A DNA stretch of 56,628 bases, the filler included, from Sphacelaria rigidula (Eukaryota): NCBI GenBank assembly GCA_964200075.2. It is 6 parts of 6 records of this genome, joined end to end, with 100 filler letters (N's around TTAATTAATTAA, not from the genome) between each part and the next. Parts side by side here need not be neighbours in the genome. Positions count along the whole stretch, not along the records: positions 47,276 to 56,628 come from CAXNAA020008692.1; 5 more parts are not named here. The stretch is one strand, 5' to 3'. The notes under the pieces are model-generated. The model saw only the letters and a program-made list of their open reading frames with translations, was not told where the DNA came from and did not search any database. Below, piece by piece: positions 49,381 to 56,628 of this stretch. Position numbers and translations under genes: made by a program. Numbering within the stretch: position 1 is the first letter of the stretch; the number at the start of each line of letters is the position of its first letter.

Positions 49381-52235
49381 CTGAAAAAATGAATGAGAAG
49401 AAATAAAATCACTCGAAATAAAAATGGAACGATAACAGCAAAAAATGGCACATTGTACATGCATGAAGTATACAAGGATCGGACGGGGCGTCCTCCACGA
49501 AAGGCGTGGAAAGGAATGAATTTAAATTGGGAGAGGGTAAAGGTAATGACTCCTACCAAGAGGTTGAGCCAGAGATTTGACGTGTGTATCGGTTATGGAA
49601 CTGTTATGGGCGCGCCTGACCCCCTAAAATGGGCAAAAAAAGTGTCACCGACCAAAACCACGAAAAGACACGAACAGATCGACTTCTGGGGCTCATCTAG
49701 GCCCGTCGGGTAAAATACGCTCCACGTCATTGGAAGAGAAAGACATGGATCATAAATTCATTGGAGGACCCTACCGTTACTTCCGTTGATGTTCCTCATA
49801 TATTGCATGCGACTGCGTCGCTTTTCGTCCGTTCTTGCGATACGCTGGAATGCCAGGAGGCTAGTTGGGTTGACCCAACCCAACGCACACCGAGAACCCT
49901 CGGGCAAGGGCGGTACGTACATTCTTTAAACAAAGGGAGGCCTTGGTAGACCCAAATCTGCGCCTGTGGCGCCGATTTCAACGAAAACACGTTCTGCTTA
50001 CACGAGGAGCCCACGGGACTGTCAGTCCTACTTCAATTCCGATTCTCGTTGCACACTCAAACCAAGTAATATCAACCATGAATATTTGTAGCCCAACGCC
50101 GGTACAGTAACTGAAACCGGAACGTTGGGCAATCTTTTTATGCAACGCGGATTGAAAATTGGGGCAAACTCATATGCTCAATACGCGACAGAACCATATG
50201 TACTGATTAACTTCAATGAGAATGGCCCTTACACCGGGTGTGTCATGTAGGCTGGGCGGATGTTGGTCGACTTCCTCGTTATGTTTTGAGGAGTTTGATT
50301 TATCTGATCCCATCGTTCTCCAACTTTAGCAGATGAATGACTCGCCCTGTGCGAGTGTATTTGTTGTTCCGTGGGTATGCCTTTTCATTTTATGAATATG
50401 CATGATTTTCTTCGGACTCGATATCGTGTTCCAAGAGGGAATGAAAACCAACCGTCGGCCGTCACCCACCACTGCCGATACAACGGACGCGTGTCCTAGG
50501 ACGGGTTGGTGCACTTCAAGACATGAATGAGGCTTCGGTGCCATGTGACTTCAGCAAAAGTGGGCCGACGACTTCATGCTGTCTTTTGTGTCGTCTTGAC
50601 GCAGTATAGTTCCACCATTCGGGAGGGTAAGTTGGTCCATCTTGATTTGAGTGTCAACACGGGAATCCGGATCTTTTCATGGGAGCTGTGCTCATAGCAT
50701 GCCCACAACGCGTTTTTGTCTGAATCGGGGCCTGGGGCACCGATTCGAGGTCTGGCAACGCATACTTCGCTTAGGGAACACATCGCACCCGCCTTGCCCG
50801 AGGATTCTCTGTATGCCCTCGTCGTGGTTAGAGTTAGGTTTGGTGTTATCATTTGTTCGCTTCGCTGCTGGAATGTCGCAAAAGTGATTCTTGCTTTCGT
50901 TCATGCGACTCATGATCATGTCCATAACGGCTGTTGGAGTGTGTTGCCATTGCGGATACTGCTCTCTCTTCTTGACGCCAGCTTGCTCTGTGACTTTCTT
51001 TTCTTCAGTTCAGGGTTTGTCCCTACTTGCTGGCAGCTAATCTACGCTATCGATGGTGGCGTGGTGATGGCACTGGGTGCAGGAGAACGAGCGCGACCCT
51101 TGGCACTATCACAAGCGATGCACAAATGGGGGTAAATATCCGCAGAGACGGAAGCCTCTCGGGTTTGGGTCGAACGTTCAAATTTTAAACCAGTCGAACA
51201 TTCCACACATCAATGTATCAACCATCTGCGCTATCATGAGTCATTCATGGGTGTAATCTATTCTGAGGTCCTTGGACAGGGGTGAGGTTTCCGCATGTCG
51301 TGGAAACTGGCAAGTGTTGGAGGCGCTTGTTTGGGCTGATAGCCCAATCTGCTTCAGAAAATACTCCTGACCAAGGTTATCGATTGGCAAACGAGTTTTT
51401 GCATCACCTGCGCCAAAACCACGGCTACAACTTTGGTGCTTGGAATTTTTTTATTCACCATCATCCGAGTTTTATACCGAATTAAGTGGAAAAAATATAG
51501 TTTTTTTGCGATTTTCTCGATCACCATAACTTATTTCGCTAAACTGAGCACCAACATTGTAGCTTACACAAATACACGCCGATGAGTAGCCGTGCTACGC
51601 CGTGGTTCGTAGTCCGGGACGAGAAAACTTCGAAACCGTGAAATGGAAACCTCACTCAAATCGGAAGTGCTTTGGGTGATTTTACGGCGTGCATATTCAG
51701 GGGATGAACAAGATCTGCGGTCTGTTCGTGCTATTGGTCGGTGACACGTTTTGGCTCATTTTGGGGGGGTCAGGCGCGCTCACAACTGTGCTATGTGTGA
51801 TGAGTAGAAGAGGGAAGATCTGGCGTGGGTATGGCATGATAGGTATCAAGGAACGCGCGAACGTTGAGAGCGCGGAATGGTGGATGAAACACACTTAATT
51901 TTGTTCCACGCATTAAAAGCGTGAAGAACGCGGAAGACCCGAATGTATCATAGACAAGGCATTCTGATTTTTTTAAAAGCTGAAACATGGAGGGAAAAGT
52001 GGACTCGTGTTCCAAAAGTAGGAGTTTGCTCAGGAACTGGTATTTTGCTTATGAAAGAGCAACATCTCCATGTAAAACTGTGGTTGAAATTCGCTCCAAC
52101 ACATACCTATACTGTACAACATTCGACATTTCACCAAGAAGCTGTAGTACAGGGGTAAGCGAAAAGGACGCGACTTCATATACTGTGGTAATGACAGACC
52201 ACATGGACGAATACCCCCCGCGAGAAAAACGTCTG

Positions 52236-52525
52236 ATGTGTGTGTGTGTGTGTGTGTTGTCGTCCCTTCTATTCTGGACGCTGGTCTACACCTTTCGGTA
52301 TATATACATATGTGGGCGCACCAGCTGGGGTCACACGGGAGGAAGGTCGACACAGGAGCTTCTTTAAAAAAAATTGTTTCTAGTACCCCACATTCCTTCT
52401 GCGGTGCTTACCTTCATTTGTTATCGCGAGAGGGATTCAGTGGTCCCTTTCCCTCGTCGACCGTTAAGTCGAACTTTCTGTACCCACGACATAGTCGCCC
52501 TCCACTATTGGGCATGGTGTGAGGG
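52236..52525 (-). repeat. SINE-like repeat with (CA)n tail, copy 2
   Basis: (TG)n at 52237-52257, followed by the homolog of 47400-47685. Confidence 0.75.
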
Positions 52526-53324
52526 GAACACGTTTATCGTGAAAAAAAGTGCTTGCCAACAAATGCACAAAGTAAAGACGGAAAAGTAACACACGTGGGC
52601 AAAGGTTTCCTCTGTGGGTGAACTGCGTAGGCCGAGTGCAGGGTACACGGATGACCCAGTTCACCGGACTGTGCGCAAAGTCACAATCCATACAATGTGA
52701 AGAACCTGAGGAGGGTTATCCCCGTCTCAACGATGAAAGTCCTGTTTCAAACACACCCCTCTGCGTAGGCCCTGCGCAGGGGGCTCATGATGCCCTTGTA
52801 ACAGGACTTCCACCCTTGAGACAGGGAAACCCTGTGAATAACCTGCGCCCTAATGTTGGGGTATGTTACAGGATCCCAGGCATGCAGCCGGATGATTTGG
52901 GGGTTCACTGGAACGCAAGTGAGCCCAGTGTATATAGCAGCGGTGAGCACCTGCACAAAAATTGGTGCGTATACGTGCATAGGTCATCAGCTCGCCAAGT
53001 CGCGCGGAAACCCCCCCGTGCAGGCATACGCCTAGGGGGTACTCAAGTTCTCTCATCTATTGAAACAAAAAAGTGAATCTGGGGTGCAAATACATGTGCG
53101 ATGATTAATTTTCAATAACACGCCTTACTTCAAATTGTCGGCGGAAGGTAGTATTCGAATGAGTCAGACGCGTATGTTGTCAGGAAATAATATCGCGTCA
53201 CCTTTTGAACGTCATGTGTTTAGTCATAAACAATGACGATTGTGATACACAACCCAGAAAGAGACATGGAAACAACAGAACTGCGAGTCAAAGATTCACC
53301 GAACTCCGAGAAATCGAAGCATTT

Positions 53325-53914
53325 GCTTCGTTGTTGTTGCTCACGCTCTCGCTGATTGGACGCCTACGCTGTAAGGAAAACTAATCGCGTCACCGCTTCA
53401 ACTTGAGTGTGTTGCACATGAACAGCCATATATGGTCCAACGCCAACTCCAGCCTGAAGGAAACATCGACGCTTTTTTTGCGTGTTGGTCGTGTATGCCT
53501 GTAACATTGAAGTTTCCGTTTTTCAGAATCAAAACGTCAGGACCACCAGCCCAATTTACCGAAAAGTAGACGGCCGCGACAGAGGCGATAAAATTCGGCT
53601 CCAAAATTCACCGAACCGCGGGAAGTCGGCTGTTAAAATTTACCGAACCCCGAACCCCGGGAAATCGAATCCAAGAAACACGGGAAGGCCGACGAAAGAA
53701 GCGCGGGACGGATGACTGCAAAGAGGTAACAACAAACACAGCGTCTATGATTGTTGTTGATTGAAATAGAAGCAAAGAAAGGCCTGCGAAAAAAGCGCCG
53801 GGCGGTAAGCTGAAACTTTTTGTTGTTCTTGTTGCTTACGCTCTTACTGATTGGACGCCTACGCTGAAAGGAAAACTAATCGCGTTACCGCTCCGACGTG
53901 AGTGTGTTGCACAT
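53325..53914 (+). repeat. Direct repeat, 2 x ~95 bp
   Basis: ctgattggacgcctacgctg.aaggaaaactaatcgcgt.accgct...gagtgtgttgcacat at about 53325-53419 and 53820-53914. Confidence 0.85.
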
Positions 53915-53963
53915 AAACTTGAGTCAACGTAGAAATCTTGCCCTCGTCAAAGATGAACGGTGA

Positions 53964-54520
53964 ATAATGTCTTCGTGAGATTGAGAGTAGAGGATACGAT
54001 TGAGAGTGGAAAGCGGTTAATTAGTGAATGGGTCGTTTCAGTTCCGAAATGCCCCTTCATGAGGCCCGATATAACTTCGGTAGTAGCTTGCCATTGAGGT
54101 CCGTGATATCCCTGAGTGGGATATCGACGTGTAGCTGTGAGCACACGCTAGTGATGGAGGTAGAGAAAAGCACGCACGGAATGAAAACTTGGCCAAGTTA
54201 AGGCAAATGATCCAAGGGTCGGACAAATAATGATTCGTCTGAAAATTACTTGATTTTAGTATGATGAGTCGACTCGTAACGAATCNNNNNNNNNCTTTCA
54301 GCGTTGCAACCCAGGTACACGCAACCCAGACACGTGGAATGGCGCAAAAGTTTCGTGGATATCTCTTGGGCCAGCGATCAACTTTTTCCCCCAGTTTAGG
54401 AAATCAGGCCGAAGAAATCGTGAATCTGGTGATTTTGAGTCGTGATGATTTATCCTAACCGTGAAATGATCAAAGCCACTCTCAATCAGCGCTCTACTCT
54501 CAATCTGACGAAAACGTTTT
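53964..54520. mobile_element. MITE family 1, copy 3, interrupted by a nested insertion
   Basis: Left part 53964-54212 and right part 54464-54520 are collinear with 4810-5101. Confidence 0.8.
54213..54463. mobile_element. Nested hAT-like MITE
   Basis: 8-bp TSD AAATGATC at 54205-54212 and 54464-54471; imperfect 16-bp TIR (CAAGGGTCGGACAAAT vs CACGGTTAGGATAAAT, 12/16); contains a small N gap. Confidence 0.75.
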
Positions 54521-56628
54521 TGGTGATGGAAAATCATTGCACAACCTGATCAACCTTACGTTATCATGTGTTTTGCGCAACATACACACATTTACAGCAA
54601 CATGGTTCCAAGAAAACTCTAGCCCGAAGGGAACAGATACGCTCTTCTTGCGTTCTGCAGTCTGGTGTCACCTGTGTTCATCGTGTGTATGCATGTATAG
54701 TTGAAATTTCCGTTCTTCAGAATCAAACTTCCGTTTTTTAGAATCGAAGTGTCAGATCCACCATGAAGGCACCCCGTATTGCCCATCACCCGCACACTTT
54801 CAGGCACTCACTGCTTGGGTCGAAGGTCAAATCTCGCCCTCGTCGAACGTGAACGGTGATGGAAAAACATTGCACTATCTCATCAAGCTTTCGAAAACGA
54901 AAAATGTCGCAGGGTGACGTGAAGCGGAAGGGGTTTGTTAAGTGTACTGTTTTAAGAGTAGGTCTAGTTGTCCCGCTTGCACGGGAGCGTTCACACGTCA
55001 TCTTAGTTAGACATATATATATATATGTATATAGTTGAGAAAAAACATACACAAACGTGAAATATCGACACCGGTGAGTTGACCCGTTTATCTTCTTTAA
55101 GAATTGATTGATTTAACTGGTTGATTGGCCAAGTATGATGATGGGACATCACAAGCCAAGGGGGTGTCATAGTTTCAGGGATGGAAAACTCCATCATCCG
55201 GGGGCGTTATTTTCGGAGGGGGTGGTATACAACATAACACACTTCGTGACGAATCCGTTGTCTGAATAGATCAACTCATCCCTCCCCGGCAGAGCAGAAT
55301 ACACGCCTTACCTTCATTTTGGTATCGCTGACTGGACAAGCACTCCCGAACCCGCGGCCTCGACTCTCGCCAAATAAAAAATAAAATAAAATGGCTGATT
55401 ACTCACGTCTACTCTTCAACAACCGAAGAATTAGATATTTTAACCCTTTTGGGACCGGGCCTCCAGAACGACCAAGTAGGCTGGTCAGGGATGACGTGTC
55501 TGGTGTCTGCACAAAACAGTGGCGTGTTGCTGAAAATCCGCGTATGTAACCGCAGGGTTATGACGAAGACCGAAAGTTTCACCCGAGCTATTTTCATGTG
55601 CACGGTGCGCATTAGGTGGTGTACATCTGATGTAGCAAGCAGTATGAGTCGTGGTAAAGAGCTAGCTTTCAACAGAATGCGGCGACCGGCAGGCCGCCCG
55701 CCACTTGTGGCTTTGGATGATACTATTGTCCCCATCACCTTGCCACACAGCCCTTTGTTGTCGGAGTGGACCGCCATTTCCCCTCTTGTTGCATGGGGAA
55801 AATTCTCTTCGAAGGGAATCAACGGCATGCATACAACAGTATAGTATACAGTACGGTGTAGTACCCCTCTCCGACTGAAGCAGCAGCTGCCGCTGCATAC
55901 ACCCTTGTACGTTCTGGGCAGTTTTCGGCTACCGTGATCAACTGCCTATATACAGCTTCTTGATCCCTATCCACTACGTAGTTGTTCACTGCACCCTGCA
56001 AGTCATCGCCAGGAGATAAGCAGAACTCATTACAGTAGATCCATTTGTCTTTCCACAGCCCACCTGATGTTAGGGCGTGGTGAAAATGACCACATGGTAG
56101 CATGTACACTCCTTCCCGGGTTTTTCCAGCCCACCCTGTGTTGGTGTTATCACTACGTTTTAGTATAGATCTGGGACCCAAAAAACGCTCCGGAAAAACT
56201 CGGAAACGGTATACTGAGTGCAAGTAATACCGTAAAACCAAGCTGCGACCGCCCTACACTTGGAAACCTGGCAAGGCTTATCTGGGCCAGGGATAGGGCC
56301 CCACACGATCTTCGCAGTGGCATCATATCCGACAAGAGTCCCCGCGCTGGTCGTTCGGGTCTGGTCGATAAATTTTGCCTCGCTGTGATTGAGTAGTTCG
56401 CTCGAAGACTTTTTTTTAATTATTCCACTAACACAGGGTTGACCCTGTGTTAGTGGGGTTCCGGTCCCAAAAGGGTTAAAGGGAAAACATGTACATACAC
56501 ACATGAACGAAGGTCCCGCCATGACACGAACCATCACTCGCCCCTCCTGACATATTTGGTTAGACACCCATGAGGCAGTGTTAAAGCCGTGACTGTCTCT
56601 GGAAGTGGCGATACCAGAAAGTAAAGCA

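Noticed and set aside
55243-55275. IRHE|gt as the upstream DOHH exon
   Set aside because: There is an in-frame stop a few codons upstream and no HELAYxLGQ motif.

Overview
This is not one locus. It is six unrelated ~9.35-kb contigs (9356, 9356, 9355, 9355, 9353, 9353 bp, sorted by length) joined by artificial 100-bp linkers (44 N + TTAATTAATTAA + 44 N). The DNA is eukaryotic, intron-containing and very rich in transposable elements. The TE peptides and repeat types suggest a brown alga or other stramenopile (inference). Host genes: four exons of an APE2/Apn2-like AP endonuclease (contig 2, minus strand) and one HEAT-repeat exon matching deoxyhypusine hydroxylase (contig 6, minus strand). Mobile DNA: a structurally complete, young but coding-dead LTR element with a 5-bp TSD (662-4329); two decayed Ty1/Copia elements; Gypsy RT and integrase relics; LINE relics; a probable spliced hAT-like transposase pseudogene; several MITE/foldback families; SINE-like repeats. 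The best leads are (i) an unexplained extra ORF directly after pol in the contig-5 Copia and (ii) a non-canonical primer-binding site in the 662-4329 element that resembles the 5' half of tRNA-Tyr. No prokaryotic operon, CRISPR array, rRNA or tRNA gene was found.
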